A DNA stretch of 64,000 nt from Lacinutrix sp. (GTDB lineage: Bacteria > Bacteroidota > Bacteroidia > Flavobacteriales > Flavobacteriaceae), in NCBI RefSeq assembly GCF_029238095.1, contig NZ_JAQWGS010000021.1, positions 6,068 to 70,067 of the forward strand, given 5' to 3'. Below the pieces are notes generated by a model. It did not search any database, had not been told where the DNA came from, and saw only the letters and a list, made by a program, of their open reading frames with translations. The position numbers were made by a program, and so were the translations under genes. Below are positions 1-11,373 of this stretch, one piece after another. Position 1 is the first letter of the stretch. Every line of letters begins with the position of its first letter.

Positions 1-500
1 GGAATTTCTTTTATTAGTTTTGGTCGTTGTGTAAATAAATTAAGATAACGTGTCTCTGCAGATTCGTTTAAAAGCGATTGTTCTCTTTTAGATTTGATAA
101 GAAATAAACGCTCTGAAGACATACGTCCAATTTGATTACCAACTTTGGTTTTCTGGTAAACCTCTTGTAAATCTTCATATGAAATTCTCCATACAGAGAT
201 ATTTGTTAGTGCTTGTAATTGGTATAAAAATGGTTTTCTGGTAAGAAAAGAATCGTAAGCACTTACAAATTCATTTTTAAAACAAAAGCCAAAAGTAATG
301 TCTTTTTCTTCCTCCTCCTTTGGAATTACAAAACGTGCAATACCACTATCTATAAACGAAATGTAATTTTCGGTTTCGCCTAAATCTAGAATTATGGTTT
401 TCTTTTTAAAAATTTTATTTTCTAATTTAGAAGAGAACAGCTGCCAATCTTTATCAGAAATGGCAACTGTTTGTTCTATGTACTCTCTTATGTGTATCAT
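1..500 (-). CDS. Crp/Fnr-family cyclic-nucleotide-binding-domain protein (partial, 3' end runs off the window; not in ORF track)
   Basis: Manual translation from ATG at 500: MIHIREYIEQTVAISDKDWQLFSSKL...ENYISFIDSGIARF...YDSFLTRKP...SLLNESAETRYLNLFTQRPKLIKEIP, typical Bacteroidota Crp/Fnr pattern. Confidence 0.85.
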   Translation of the reverse strand, partial: MIHIREYIEQTVAISDKDWQLFSSKLENKIFKKKTIILDLGETENYISFIDSGIARFVIPKEEEEKDITFGFCFKNEFVSAYDSFLTRKPFLYQLQALTNISVWRISYEDLQEVYQKTKVGNQIGRMSSERLFLIKSKREQSLLNESAETRYLNLFTQRPKLIKEI

Positions 501-538
501 ATTCGCTTATCCTTTACAAATATCGCGAATTAATTTAA

Positions 539-2254
539 CTATTCTACGCGTTGACCTGGTATTACTTGACCATTTTGAAATAAAGTTAAACTCTCAATTT
601 CTCCTTTACTATTAGCATTAAACTCTACTCTTGCTTCTACTACTTTTAAGTAGAACTTGTTGTTGTCTGATGGAAAAATCTCGAATTGAGGCTGACCTGT
701 AGCTTGCAATAATAATTTACCATCTTTAGTTGTAATTACTATATGAAACGTAGGAGCTAATTCGTATTTACCAACATAAGTATCAAGCATTTCTTGAGAG
801 ACTTCAACGACCTCTTCTTTAACCTCAGCATTAAGTTTTTTTAATACTTGTCTCGCATTTTCGTTAGCAGGATTTAATGCTAAAGATTTTTTATAGTTTG
901 AAATTGCTAATTCTTGGTTTCCTCTATCTAAATAAGCTTCTCCTAACGAATCGTATGGATTTGAAGCGTTTGGATGCTCAGCTACATTTAACTTAAAAAT
1001 TTCTAATGCAATGTCCTTTTTGCCATCTGCCATATACTGATAACCAAGAGTGTTTAGTTCTTCTTCTTTAAAATTATAATCGTTAGGTTTTTCTGCTTTT
1101 GTCTTTTTATAAAAAATAATCGCCTCTTCTATCCCTTGGTCTTTAATAGTTTTTGCAATAATTGGCGCTATAGATGGTAAAATTGGTTGCAAAGGATACG
1201 TTGGCATCATTATTTTTATTCCTACTGGATCTATACTTTCGTTATTATTAGACAAAACAATAACACCTTTGTTTTCTGCTTTATTTAAAGCAATCATGGC
1301 AGTGTAACCTCCAGTTGCTCCATTATGTAATAAAAATTTACCATTTTCAACATGCCATGCTAAAGCCATTTCTGATCTTTGCGTTTCATTTTTATACGCT
1401 GTTTTATGTGCTAAAGACATGGCGTTATGCAATTTAGAATCTATTTTGTCGCTATTTAAATTAGCTTGAACATACTTGAGCATATCATTAACTGTAGAAC
1501 GAATACCTCCTGCTCCACCAAGTGAAATAATATCCCAATTATCGGTTTCAGAAAGTCCTGCATGTCCTTTTGCTAAACGACTTTTCATAGCGTCTGTAAA
1601 AACGAGTCTGGTGTCATTCATTTGCAAAGGATTTGCAATATGCTCTATTATTAATTCCTCATACGTTTTACCACTTTGAAGCTCTAAAATATGACCAAGC
1701 AAACCCATTCCTAAATTAGAATATTCACTTTTTTCGCCAATATTATATGTTAGTTGGCAACTGTTTAAAAAAGCATATAATTGTTCTGTGGTATAGTCTG
1801 CATATGGATTTTTAGGATTTTCTGGAGCAAAATTATATGGCATTCTAGGTAATGCAGAAGTGTGAGTAGCCAGATGTTTTAAGGTAATTTTCTTTCCATT
1901 ACGTGTTGGCAATTTAACAGACTTTGGTAAATATTTTGAGGCAGGATCGTCTAAACTCATCTCTCCACTATTTACTTTTAGTGCTAAAAGTGTGGCAGTA
2001 AATGTTTTAGAGATAGAACCGATTTCGAAAACCGATTGCTCATTTACTTTTGTACCATTCTCTAAAGCTGTTTTACCATAACTAAAAAGTTCTATTGTAT
2101 CTACATCAACATAACCAACTGCTACTCCAACATTCACTTGGTTATCGATCCTTGCCTTAATGTGTTCTTTTATTGCAATAGAAATTTTACTGTTTTGAGC
2201 TTTAACTTGAACGCTAAAAATTAACGTTAATACAATAAGTAGTATTTTTTTCAT
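539..2254 (-). CDS. Secreted serine hydrolase (beta-lactamase class C/D-peptidase family) with TPR region and C-terminal DUF3471-like domain
   Basis: Signal peptide; SxxK (GSISKTF), YSN and HNG motifs; TPR NPYDSLGEAY; C-terminal LDTYVGKYEL...FYLKVVEARVEF. Confidence 0.85.
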   Translation of the reverse strand: MKKILLIVLTLIFSVQVKAQNSKISIAIKEHIKARIDNQVNVGVAVGYVDVDTIELFSYGKTALENGTKVNEQSVFEIGSISKTFTATLLALKVNSGEMSLDDPASKYLPKSVKLPTRNGKKITLKHLATHTSALPRMPYNFAPENPKNPYADYTTEQLYAFLNSCQLTYNIGEKSEYSNLGMGLLGHILELQSGKTYEELIIEHIANPLQMNDTRLVFTDAMKSRLAKGHAGLSETDNWDIISLGGAGGIRSTVNDMLKYVQANLNSDKIDSKLHNAMSLAHKTAYKNETQRSEMALAWHVENGKFLLHNGATGGYTAMIALNKAENKGVIVLSNNNESIDPVGIKIMMPTYPLQPILPSIAPIIAKTIKDQGIEEAIIFYKKTKAEKPNDYNFKEEELNTLGYQYMADGKKDIALEIFKLNVAEHPNASNPYDSLGEAYLDRGNQELAISNYKKSLALNPANENARQVLKKLNAEVKEEVVEVSQEMLDTYVGKYELAPTFHIVITTKDGKLLLQATGQPQFEIFPSDNNKFYLKVVEARVEFNANSKGEIESLTLFQNGQVIPGQRVE

Positions 2255-2461
2255 TTTTGTAATTATTTCGGTTTAATTTATTTAAATGTAAGTAAAAATT
2301 AAGATGTAACCTTTTTTAAGCGACTATTAACATCATTAGTATTTAGTTTGACGCAATAGCTGATCTAAACTAAAAACAGTTTTACACACAATAATTCGTT
2401 AGTATCCATTTTTGTTACAAAAGTATTTTCAAAAAAATAAGTTAACAATTATAATTTAAGC

Positions 2462-3286
2462 TTAATGTTCTTTGATAAAATTTAAAATTTCATTGTAACG
2501 TTTTGTCCAAGGAATGAAATACTGCTTCATCATTGGTACATGTTTTTTGTTTAGTATAATTGAAGTAACTTTTGGTTGAAAACCTTTTAACTTTTCTATA
2601 AACTTAGCATTTTGATTTTTAATTGAAGCATATGTTTTTTCGCCTACATATATAAGAAAGGGTGGTGTAGTTTTGTCTATAAAATATACAGGAGATGCTT
2701 TCTTCCATTCTTCAGGCTTTGTAGTCCAGGTTGTAATAAAATTGTGCTCTTTTGTTGGAGGATGTTTTTGTAAATAAGCATACATGTCTAATCCTGCAGC
2801 ATCATTTAAAATGACACCTTTAACTACTTTTTTTTGCTCTAGATACTTTGGATTAGTACTAATTAAAGCTATTAAATGTCCACCTGCAGAATGTCCCATT
2901 AAAAATATTTGCTCAGGATCTCCTCTATAATTTTTTATATTCTCTACTGTCCATTCTACTGCTTTAGCTATTTCAGTAGCCATAGTACTATAATTTGCAT
3001 TGGGACTTAAAGTATAAGATGGTATTACAGTTACAACATCTTTTTTAGAAAAATTACGCCCTAAAAAACCATAAATATTTTTATTGCCTTCTGCCCAATA
3101 GCCTCCATGAACAAAAATTATTACAGGTAATTTGTCTGCTTTTATAGTTCTTGGTTGGAAGACATTTAGTTTAAGTGAATCTTTAGTCTGTGCGTTTACA
3201 AAATATGGTACGTCTTTAAATTTTCTTGAAGCACAACTTGAAAAAACAATAAGTATAAGCCCTATAACACAAATTTTTTTTATCAT
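2462..3286 (-). CDS. Alpha/beta hydrolase (esterase/lipase), probable lipoprotein
   Basis: FVHGG oxyanion motif, GHSAGG nucleophile elbow, lipobox FSSC. Confidence 0.85.
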   Translation of the reverse strand: MIKKICVIGLILIVFSSCASRKFKDVPYFVNAQTKDSLKLNVFQPRTIKADKLPVIIFVHGGYWAEGNKNIYGFLGRNFSKKDVVTVIPSYTLSPNANYSTMATEIAKAVEWTVENIKNYRGDPEQIFLMGHSAGGHLIALISTNPKYLEQKKVVKGVILNDAAGLDMYAYLQKHPPTKEHNFITTWTTKPEEWKKASPVYFIDKTTPPFLIYVGEKTYASIKNQNAKFIEKLKGFQPKVTSIILNKKHVPMMKQYFIPWTKRYNEILNFIKEH

Positions 3287-3347
3287 AATAATTATAATGT
3301 ACTTCGCTTATTGTTAAACATTCAAGATTTATTTAGTTTAAAATTAA

Positions 3348-5255
3348 TTACAGGGCATTATCCATAATATCTTGTACACATTCAGGATTTAGAAGCGTAC
3401 TAATGTCTCCTAAATTACTGGTATCTTTTTCTGCTATTTTACGTAATATACGTCGCATAATTTTTCCGCTTCGCGTTTTAGGTAAACCTTCTGTAAACTG
3501 AATCTTATCTAATTTAGCTATTGGTCCTATTTGCTCTGTAATAATCTGATTAATTTCTTTACGTAAATTTCCTTGATCTCTACCTTCTCCTGTTTCTTTT
3601 AAAGTTACATAACCATATAATGCGTTACCTTTTATATCATGTGGAAAACCAACAATAGCACTTTCTGCAACTGCTGGATGCTCATTAATAGCATCTTCAA
3701 TTGGAGCTGTTCCTAAGTTATGACCAGACACAATAATAACATCGTCTACACGACCTGTTATTCTATAATAGCCAACTTCGTCACGAAGTGCGCCATCACC
3801 TGTAAAATACTTATTATCAAAAGCCGAAAAATAAGTGTCTTTATAACGTTGGTGATTGCCCCAAATTGTTCTTGCAATACTAGGCCAAGGAAATTTTATA
3901 CACAAACGACCATCCACTTGATTGCCTTTTATTTCTTCTCCGTGCTCATCCATTAATGCAGGTTGAATTCCAATAAAAGGAAGCGTTGCATAGGTTGGTT
4001 TTGTTGGCGTTGCAAATGCTATTGGTGTAATCATGATACCACCAGTTTCAGTTTGCCACCAGGTATCTACAATTGGTGCTTTTTTCTTACCAACATTATC
4101 ATCGTACCAATGCCAAGCTTCTTCATTTATAGGTTCTCCAACAGTTCCTAGAACTTTTATTGAGGATAAATCGTGTTTTTCTAAATGCTCTACACCTTCT
4201 TTTGCTAGAGCTCTAATAGCAGTTGGTGCTGTATAAAATTGATTTACTTTATGCTTCTCTACAATTTCCCAAAAGCGTCCAAAATCTGGATAACTTGGTA
4301 CACCTTCAAACATAACAGTTGTGGCTCCATTACATAAGGGTCCATAAACGATATAACTGTGACCTGTAATCCAACCTATATCTGCTGTACACCAGTACAC
4401 GTCTTGTTCTCTGTACTGAAAAACATTTTTAAAGGTGTAGGCTGTGTACACCATATAACCTGCTGTGGTATGTACCATGCCTTTTGGCTTTCCTGTAGAA
4501 CCTGAAGTGTATAATATAAATAATGGATCTTCTGCATCCATAATTTCTGGTACACAGTCATGATACGCATCATCTAATAAAGGTTGTAACCACTGGTCAC
4601 GACCATCTTTCATATTTATATCTGAATGAATACGCTTAGCTACTAAAACATTTTCAACACAGTCGCACTCTTCTAAGGCTTCATCTACAATACCTTTTAA
4701 ATCTATAGTTTTTGCACCACGATACGAACCATCACTTGTAATCACCATTTTACAATCACTATCATTAATTCTGGTTGCTAAAGCTGTTGCTGAAAAACCT
4801 GCAAATACAACAGAATGTATAGCTCCAATTCTAGCGCATGCCAATACAGAAACTGCTAATTCAGGAATCATAGGCAAATAAATACAAACTCTATCACCTT
4901 TACCTACTCCATTTTCTTTAAGTACGTTTGCAAATCTACAAACACGTTCATGTAACTCTCTGTAGGTGATATGAAGCGCCTTTTCATCTGGATTATTAGG
5001 CTCAAAAATAATAGCTGTTTTATCTCCTCTGGTATATAAATGTCTATCTATACAGTTTTCAGTTATATTTAATTTAGCACCTTCAAACCACTTGACTTCT
5101 GGTTTTGAAAAATCCCAACTTAATACCTTGTTCCATTTTTTTCGCCATATAAAATGCTCTTCAGCAATTTCTTCCCAAAAATTTTCTGGATTTCTGACGG
5201 ATTTTCTGTAAACTTGGTAGTATTCCTCTATATGTTTTATGTGATAATTACTCAT
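3348..5255 (-). CDS. acs: Acetate--CoA ligase (acetyl-CoA synthetase)
   Basis: YTSGSTGKPKG AMP-binding loop, DTWWQTETGG, PKTRSGKIMRRILRK. Confidence 0.97.
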   Translation of the reverse strand: MSNYHIKHIEEYYQVYRKSVRNPENFWEEIAEEHFIWRKKWNKVLSWDFSKPEVKWFEGAKLNITENCIDRHLYTRGDKTAIIFEPNNPDEKALHITYRELHERVCRFANVLKENGVGKGDRVCIYLPMIPELAVSVLACARIGAIHSVVFAGFSATALATRINDSDCKMVITSDGSYRGAKTIDLKGIVDEALEECDCVENVLVAKRIHSDINMKDGRDQWLQPLLDDAYHDCVPEIMDAEDPLFILYTSGSTGKPKGMVHTTAGYMVYTAYTFKNVFQYREQDVYWCTADIGWITGHSYIVYGPLCNGATTVMFEGVPSYPDFGRFWEIVEKHKVNQFYTAPTAIRALAKEGVEHLEKHDLSSIKVLGTVGEPINEEAWHWYDDNVGKKKAPIVDTWWQTETGGIMITPIAFATPTKPTYATLPFIGIQPALMDEHGEEIKGNQVDGRLCIKFPWPSIARTIWGNHQRYKDTYFSAFDNKYFTGDGALRDEVGYYRITGRVDDVIIVSGHNLGTAPIEDAINEHPAVAESAIVGFPHDIKGNALYGYVTLKETGEGRDQGNLRKEINQIITEQIGPIAKLDKIQFTEGLPKTRSGKIMRRILRKIAEKDTSNLGDISTLLNPECVQDIMDNAL

Positions 5256-5256
5256 G

Positions 5257-6633
5257 TTATTTGTTGTTTTCTAATCTGGTTATGTAAGCCTTTGTTTCTT
5301 TTATAGCCTTTGGTGCTAATAATAGTGTTCCAATCATTGTAGGAATTGCCATAAGCGCAAAAATGCCATCAACAAAATTAATCATCATTGCAAAAGGTGT
5401 AATAGCAGCTAAAATGATACTAAAAATATAAAAATAATTATAATAATGCTTCTTATCTGCTCCTATTAAAAAGGAGAGACATTTAGATCCATAGTAAGAA
5501 TAAGAAAATAGAGATGAAATACTAAAAATTAAAACACAAACCATTAATAAATAATGACCAAAATCTGGCATGGTAGCTTTAAAAGCTGAGGCAGTTAAAC
5601 TAACTCCGTTATCTGAGGTCGTTTCCCAAACACCAGTTACTAAAATTGCTAAAGCTGTTAATGTACACACAATTAAAGTATCTATAACAGGACCTAGCAT
5701 GGCAACTAAACCTTCTCGAACAGGCTCGTTTGTTTTTGCTGCACCATGTGCCATAGGAGCAGTACCAATTCCAGCTTCGTTAGAAAATGCACCTCGTCTA
5801 ATCCCTAATAAAATTAATGCGCCTAAAACACCACCAAAAAATGATTCTCCTTTATAAAAGTCTCCAGAAAAAGCATCGGTAAAAATCAATATAAAATACT
5901 TAGGAACTAATTGATAATTTGAAAGCAATATGTAAAACACCAAGATAAAATATAAAACCACCATTGAAGGCACCAATCTAGAAGCCGTTTTACTAATTCT
6001 ATTTAAACCTCCAAAAATAACTATAGATGTGACTATTACTAAAACCAGTGCTATTATTAAATTAGTTTTAAAACCAACATCAACACCATTTGGTATTAGA
6101 ATAATATCATTTATGGCTTGGGTTAATTGATTTACATTTACAACTGGCAAAGCTCCAAACATTCCAAAAACACTAAATAAAACAGCTAACCATTTCCAGT
6201 GTTTACCCAAACCTTCAACAATAAAATACATTGGGCCTCCTTGTATGTTTCCCTCACTATCCTTACCTCTAAACATGGTAGCTAAGGTAGAAGTAAAAAA
6301 CTTTGTCGACATGCCTATAATAGCGCTTATCCACATCCAAAACATAGCTCCTGGTCCTCCAATTGATATTGCCAAGGCTACTCCAGCAATGTTTCCCATT
6401 CCTATAGTAGAAGATAGAGCAGTTGTTAACGCTTGAAAATGACTTATCTCTCCTGGATCGTTAAGATTATCATATTTTCCACTTAAAATTTGAATTGCAT
6501 GACCTAAGTACCTAAAAGGCAAAAACCTTGAGTATATAATAAGAGATAATCCTCCTCCTATTAAAATTATCAACAAAGGAAGTCCCCAAACAAATGAAGC
6601 GAATTCAGCAACGAAATGATCTAATGATTGCAA
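5257..6633 (-). CDS. Alanine/glycine:cation symporter (AGCS family), TTG start
   Basis: GMGNIAGVA, GGPGAMFWMW, GGPMYF, RRGAFSNEAGIG motifs; multiple TM helices. Confidence 0.92.
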   Translation of the reverse strand: MQSLDHFVAEFASFVWGLPLLIILIGGGLSLIIYSRFLPFRYLGHAIQILSGKYDNLNDPGEISHFQALTTALSSTIGMGNIAGVALAISIGGPGAMFWMWISAIIGMSTKFFTSTLATMFRGKDSEGNIQGGPMYFIVEGLGKHWKWLAVLFSVFGMFGALPVVNVNQLTQAINDIILIPNGVDVGFKTNLIIALVLVIVTSIVIFGGLNRISKTASRLVPSMVVLYFILVFYILLSNYQLVPKYFILIFTDAFSGDFYKGESFFGGVLGALILLGIRRGAFSNEAGIGTAPMAHGAAKTNEPVREGLVAMLGPVIDTLIVCTLTALAILVTGVWETTSDNGVSLTASAFKATMPDFGHYLLMVCVLIFSISSLFSYSYYGSKCLSFLIGADKKHYYNYFYIFSIILAAITPFAMMINFVDGIFALMAIPTMIGTLLLAPKAIKETKAYITRLENNK

Positions 6634-6827
6634 ATTAATCTTGTTTTCTATAAATGTATTAAAAGGAATTAATATGTAAACTAAATCTCTATAGATAATA
6701 TTTTAAACTGCTAACAATTAATCCCATAACTCCTTGAAAATAAATAAACTACATAAACATTAAAATGTTCTATTTTTTTTTAATACTTTTAAAAAATTTT
6801 TATTTAAAAACCCAATCAATTATGATC

Positions 6828-9146
6828 ATGAAAACTACTTTAAACATTAAACCTATACTTTTGTGTATAGCTTTTGTTGTGTGTACTTTTTCTATTCAAG
6901 CTCAAGAACGTTCTTGTGGTATGGTAGAATATATGCAAGAACAAATGGAAAACCCAGAATATGCAAAGCAGTACAAAATTACTCAAGCAAAATTCAAGGC
7001 GCAATTAAATAAGAATTTAAGTGAAAACTACGAAAGAAGAATGGATCCTATTATTATTCCAGTGGCTGTTCACTTTCCAGAAGCTCAAGAATCTGACAGA
7101 GCTTGTCTAGAAGCATTAGCTCAAAACCAAATAGATATTTTAAATGAAGATTTTACAGGAACTAATGCAGATATCTCAGGATGGGCTGCTGCTGCTCCTA
7201 ACTATCCAAACACAAATACAGGTGCTGCTAATTTTTTGTTTTGTATAGCTACAACAAACCATCCAACAGGTTTAGATCCAGATCTGGTAGAAGGTGGTCC
7301 AGCTGTTACTATTGGATATAATTTTGGTAACGGAACTTCAACAGATTCAAATTGGGGAGGCTACATGAACTTTTTAGTAAAAGATATTGGAGGTGGCCTT
7401 TTGGGCTTTTCTCCATTTCCAGGAAGTGTTGCTGCAGGTCAATCTGTTACAATGAACTTAGGTGCTTTTGGATCTGGTGCTGGTTGCCCGAATTCTGGGA
7501 TTGTTCCAGGTGCTCCTTATGATTTAGGTAGAACTGTAACTCACGAATTAGGACATTTTTATAACTTAGATCATGTTTTTGGATCTTGTGGAACAGATGA
7601 TGGAATTGCAGATACACCAAATCAAGGAAACTCTAATGGTGGTTGTCCTGCTTTAGGCAGTCAGCCAGCTTGTAATCCAGCAGAACAGGAATTGTTTCAA
7701 AGTTATATGGATTATACTAACGATGCTTGTATGTGGATGTTTAGTGCTGGACAAACTACAGTTGCCGAAGCTTATGTAATGTCTATTGAGTCAACATTTA
7801 AACCAAATGTTGTACAATGTTCTGCTGCTCCAGACTTTTCTTTAACAGCAGCAAATACAGAAGAAAACATTTGTAATCCTACAAACAGCGTTTCATACAC
7901 AATAAATTATGTTGCTACTGGAGGAAATACAGATCCAACAAATTTTTCAGCTAGTAATTTACCAGCTGGAGCAACTCAATCATTTAACCCTTCTTCATTA
8001 AATGCAGATGGTTCAACGGTATTAACATTAGGAAACCTTAATGGTGTTGCAATAGGAAATTACGCTATTACTGTAACAGGTACAGGTGTTACAACAAATT
8101 CTATAAATGTAGATTTAAATGTTGAAGGCGCAATACCTAATACACCTACTTTAACTAGTCCAGCAAATAATGCAACAGATACTGCTCTTCAACTAAATCT
8201 AGATTGGAGTCCAATAGCAAATGCTACTAGTTATACACTAGAATTAGCTACAGATTCAGCTTTTACAATGAATTATACTTCTAACAATGTAACTGGTGTT
8301 GGTTTTAATACTCCTGAACTTGCTTCTATGACACAGTATTTCTGGAGAGTAAAGTCAACAAATAGTTGTGGTGATTCAAGTTACAGTGGCACTAGAAACT
8401 TTACCACAGCTTCAATTAGCTGTGTGACTTATAGCTCTACTGAGAATAATATAAATATTCCAGCGTCTGGTAATGCTGAGCATGTATTAACATCTACAAT
8501 AAATATAAGTGATGATGTTTCAATTACTGATTTAAATTCAACAATAAATATAACTCATGATTGGGCTGGTGATATGGAGTTAATGTTAACTTCTCCAGCT
8601 GGAACTTCTGTAATTATGCTTGTAAATAGTACTTGTGATGATGGAACCAATGATATTATGGTGACTTTTGATGATCAAGCTTCTGGACCAGTAGCATGTA
8701 GTACTACTGCACCTGCAATTGGAGGTGTAATTCAACCTGCAAATCCTTTGTCTGCTTTTAATGGAGAAAACACCGTTGGTGATTGGGTATTAACAGCAAC
8801 AGATGGTTATCCTTCTCTTGATGGTGGTACTTTTTTAAATTATTCTATAGAAATTTGCGGTTCTGCTAATTTAAGTGTTGATGAGTTTAGTCTAAATAGC
8901 TCTTTATCTTTATGGCCAAACCCATCTCAAGGAGAAATAAATATAACGTTTAACTCTTCAAATAATGATGATGTAAACGTTAAATTATACGATTTAAGAG
9001 GTCGATTAATTAACAATCATTCTTTTGAAAACACAACTAGCGTATTTAATAAAACTATTCAACTTGGCGATTTAGAAAGCTCAGTTTATATTTTAAGTAT
9101 TGAAAATGCTGGACAGGTTATAAATAAGCGTATTATTATTGAATAA
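6828..9146 (+). CDS. T9SS-secreted M43 (pappalysin/ulilysin-like) zinc metalloprotease with FN3-like, proprotein-convertase P domain and type A CTD
   Basis: Signal peptide from MKTTL (start refined from 6765); RSCG Cys-switch; HELGHFYNLDH zinc motif; YMDY Met-turn; ITHDWAGDM/FNGENTVGDWVL P domain; LWPNPSQG...KRIIIE CTD. Confidence 0.88.
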   Translation: MKTTLNIKPILLCIAFVVCTFSIQAQERSCGMVEYMQEQMENPEYAKQYKITQAKFKAQLNKNLSENYERRMDPIIIPVAVHFPEAQESDRACLEALAQNQIDILNEDFTGTNADISGWAAAAPNYPNTNTGAANFLFCIATTNHPTGLDPDLVEGGPAVTIGYNFGNGTSTDSNWGGYMNFLVKDIGGGLLGFSPFPGSVAAGQSVTMNLGAFGSGAGCPNSGIVPGAPYDLGRTVTHELGHFYNLDHVFGSCGTDDGIADTPNQGNSNGGCPALGSQPACNPAEQELFQSYMDYTNDACMWMFSAGQTTVAEAYVMSIESTFKPNVVQCSAAPDFSLTAANTEENICNPTNSVSYTINYVATGGNTDPTNFSASNLPAGATQSFNPSSLNADGSTVLTLGNLNGVAIGNYAITVTGTGVTTNSINVDLNVEGAIPNTPTLTSPANNATDTALQLNLDWSPIANATSYTLELATDSAFTMNYTSNNVTGVGFNTPELASMTQYFWRVKSTNSCGDSSYSGTRNFTTASISCVTYSSTENNINIPASGNAEHVLTSTINISDDVSITDLNSTINITHDWAGDMELMLTSPAGTSVIMLVNSTCDDGTNDIMVTFDDQASGPVACSTTAPAIGGVIQPANPLSAFNGENTVGDWVLTATDGYPSLDGGTFLNYSIEICGSANLSVDEFSLNSSLSLWPNPSQGEINITFNSSNNDDVNVKLYDLRGRLINNHSFENTTSVFNKTIQLGDLESSVYILSIENAGQVINKRIIIE

Positions 9147-9165
9147 TATTTTTATAATTTACACT

Positions 9166-9196
9166 AAAAAAGGATTCCATTTTGGAATCCTTTTTT
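9166..9196. terminator. Bidirectional intrinsic terminator between convergent protease and purC
   Basis: AAAAAAGGATTCCA-TTT-TGGAATCCTTTTTT perfect inverted repeat. Confidence 0.9.
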
Positions 9197-9233
9197 GTTT
9201 ATAAATGAGTTAAAAAGTATAGACTCAACATTT

Positions 9234-10184
9234 TTATTCGGCTAAATAAGCCTCCACATTCTTTTCAATACGATCATGAATATTTGAAACATCTGCTTTT
9301 ACAAATTTCTCACCCATAATTTGTTCGTATAATTCAATATAGCGCTCTGAAACAGATTCTATATAGTCATCACTCATAAAAGGAACAGTTTGACCTTCTA
9401 GACCTTGAAAGTTGTTTGCTATTAGCCATTGGCGCACAAACTCTTTAGAAAGCTGTTTTTGTGCCTCGCCTTTATCTTGACGTTCTTGGTATCCATCTGC
9501 ATAAAAATAGCGAGAAGAATCTGGTGTATGGATTTCGTCTATTAGTACTATTTTTCCCTCTTTAGTTTTACCAAATTCGTATTTAGTATCTACTAGAATT
9601 AAGCCTCGAGATGCTGCTATTTCTGTTCCTCTAGTAAATAATTTACGTGTGTAATCTTCTAAGATTACATAATCTGCTTCGCTAACAATATTTTTTTTAA
9701 CAATGTCTTCTCGCGAGATATCTTCGTCATGATCTCCCATTTCAGCTTTGGTAGCTGGCGTAATTATTGGTTTAGGAAACTTATCATTTTCATTCATACC
9801 TTCAGGCATTGTTACTCCACAAAGTATTCTTTTTCCTGCTTTATATTCTCTTGCTGCATGACCAGATAAATAGCCACGAATAACCATTTCTACTTTAAAT
9901 GGTTCGCATAAATGCCCAACTGCCACATTAGGGTCTGGTGTTGCTGTTAGCCAATTTGGGACAATATCCTCAGTTTGTGCCATGAATTTAGTTGCAATCT
10001 GATTTAGTATTTGCCCTTTGTATGGAATACCTTTTGGCATGACCACATCAAAAGCACTTAATCTATCTGTTGCTACCATTACCAATTCTTGGTCGTTGAT
10101 GTTATATACTGCTCTTACCTTACCTTTATAAACACTTTTTTGTCCTGTAAAGTTGAAATTTGAATCTGTTATTGTATTACTCAT
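9234..10184 (-). CDS. purC: Phosphoribosylaminoimidazolesuccinocarboxamide synthase
   Basis: [36 protein letters not shown]. Confidence 0.96.
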   Translation of the reverse strand: MSNTITDSNFNFTGQKSVYKGKVRAVYNINDQELVMVATDRLSAFDVVMPKGIPYKGQILNQIATKFMAQTEDIVPNWLTATPDPNVAVGHLCEPFKVEMVIRGYLSGHAAREYKAGKRILCGVTMPEGMNENDKFPKPIITPATKAEMGDHDEDISREDIVKKNIVSEADYVILEDYTRKLFTRGTEIAASRGLILVDTKYEFGKTKEGKIVLIDEIHTPDSSRYFYADGYQERQDKGEAQKQLSKEFVRQWLIANNFQGLEGQTVPFMSDDYIESVSERYIELYEQIMGEKFVKADVSNIHDRIEKNVEAYLAE

Positions 10185-10284
10185 TATTTATTTATTTATG
10201 AGTTTATTTTGTTTTTGTTTGATTTCTCGATAGCATCTACACATATTTAATAAATCGCTAGAATTAAATGTGCTCTTAAAAAAA

Positions 10285-11241
10285 TTAAACCTCTCTATTT
10301 TCTATATTTCTGTATGCAGCAATGACCTTTTTAACTAGTTTATGACGAACAACATCTTTATCATCTAGAAAAACAATTCCAATACCTTCAATATCTTTAA
10401 GTACCAAAAGTGCTTCTTTTAGTCCAGAAATTGTGCGACGCGGCAAATCTATTTGTCCTGGATCTCCTGTTAATAAAAACTTGGCGTTTTTTCCCATTCT
10501 GGTTAAAAACATTTTCATTTGTGCATGTGTAGTGTTTTGTCCTTCGTCTAAAATAACAAAAGCATTGTCTAGTGTTCTACCTCGCATAAATCCCAAAGGT
10601 GCTATTTGTATGGTTCCGTTTTCTATGTATTGTGCAAGTTTCTCTGGAGCAATCATATCTCTTAATGCATCGTAAAGCGGTTGCATGTATGGATCTAATT
10701 TTTCTTTTAAATCACCTGGTAAAAACCCTAAATTTTCGCCAGCCTCTACAGCTGGTCTAGTTAAAATAATACGCCTAACTTGTTTACTTTTTAATGCTTG
10801 GACTGCTAGTGCAACTCCTGTGTATGTTTTACCTGTTCCTGCAGGACCAATAGCAAAAACCATATCGTTTTTACGCATTAACTCCACCAGTTTACGTTGG
10901 TTTGCAGTTTGCGCTTTTATTAGTTTCCCATTTACGCCATGAACTATAGTTTCTCCACTTTGTGCAGATGTATTATAATCGTCGCTACTATTACTTGTTA
11001 AAACACGCTCTATAACATTCTCGTCTAGCTTGTTATATTTTGTAAAATGCTTGAGCAACATATTTAGTCGTCTTTTAAACTCATCTAAAAGTTCTTCTTC
11101 ACCAAAGGCTTTAATTTCATTGCCTCTAGCTACTATTTTTAATTTAGGAAAGTGTTTTTTTAGTAACTTAATGTTTTCATTTCCTGCTCCAAAAAATTCT
11201 TTTGGAGTGATTTCTTCAAGTTGAATTATAATTTCGTTCAA
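10285..11241 (-). CDS. phoH: PhoH-family ATPase (YbeZ-like), TTG start
   Basis: GPAGTGKT, TRPAVEAGENLGFLPGD, MRGRTL, DEGQN, VVRHKLV. Confidence 0.93.
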   Translation of the reverse strand: MNEIIIQLEEITPKEFFGAGNENIKLLKKHFPKLKIVARGNEIKAFGEEELLDEFKRRLNMLLKHFTKYNKLDENVIERVLTSNSSDDYNTSAQSGETIVHGVNGKLIKAQTANQRKLVELMRKNDMVFAIGPAGTGKTYTGVALAVQALKSKQVRRIILTRPAVEAGENLGFLPGDLKEKLDPYMQPLYDALRDMIAPEKLAQYIENGTIQIAPLGFMRGRTLDNAFVILDEGQNTTHAQMKMFLTRMGKNAKFLLTGDPGQIDLPRRTISGLKEALLVLKDIEGIGIVFLDDKDVVRHKLVKKVIAAYRNIENREV

Positions 11242-11373
11242 AAGCGCATCATTTTAATTAAGATTTTCTATTCTATTTTCTTAGTTTTGTTCTGAGATAT
11301 AAATGTATAATAAACTTAAGAAACATACATCTATATTAAATATATTAATCTAAATAAATATCAACAATTATAA

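Noticed and set aside
1-500. The first Crp/Fnr-like gene as the regulator of the GTAAC boxes
   Set aside because: 18 kb away, no palindrome upstream of it; the in-cluster regulator has its own box and is the parsimonious candidate
2305-2420. TGTAAC (2305) and TGTTAC (2413) near the serine hydrolase promoter
   Set aside because: Isolated half-sites ~100 nt apart, not the N4 palindrome
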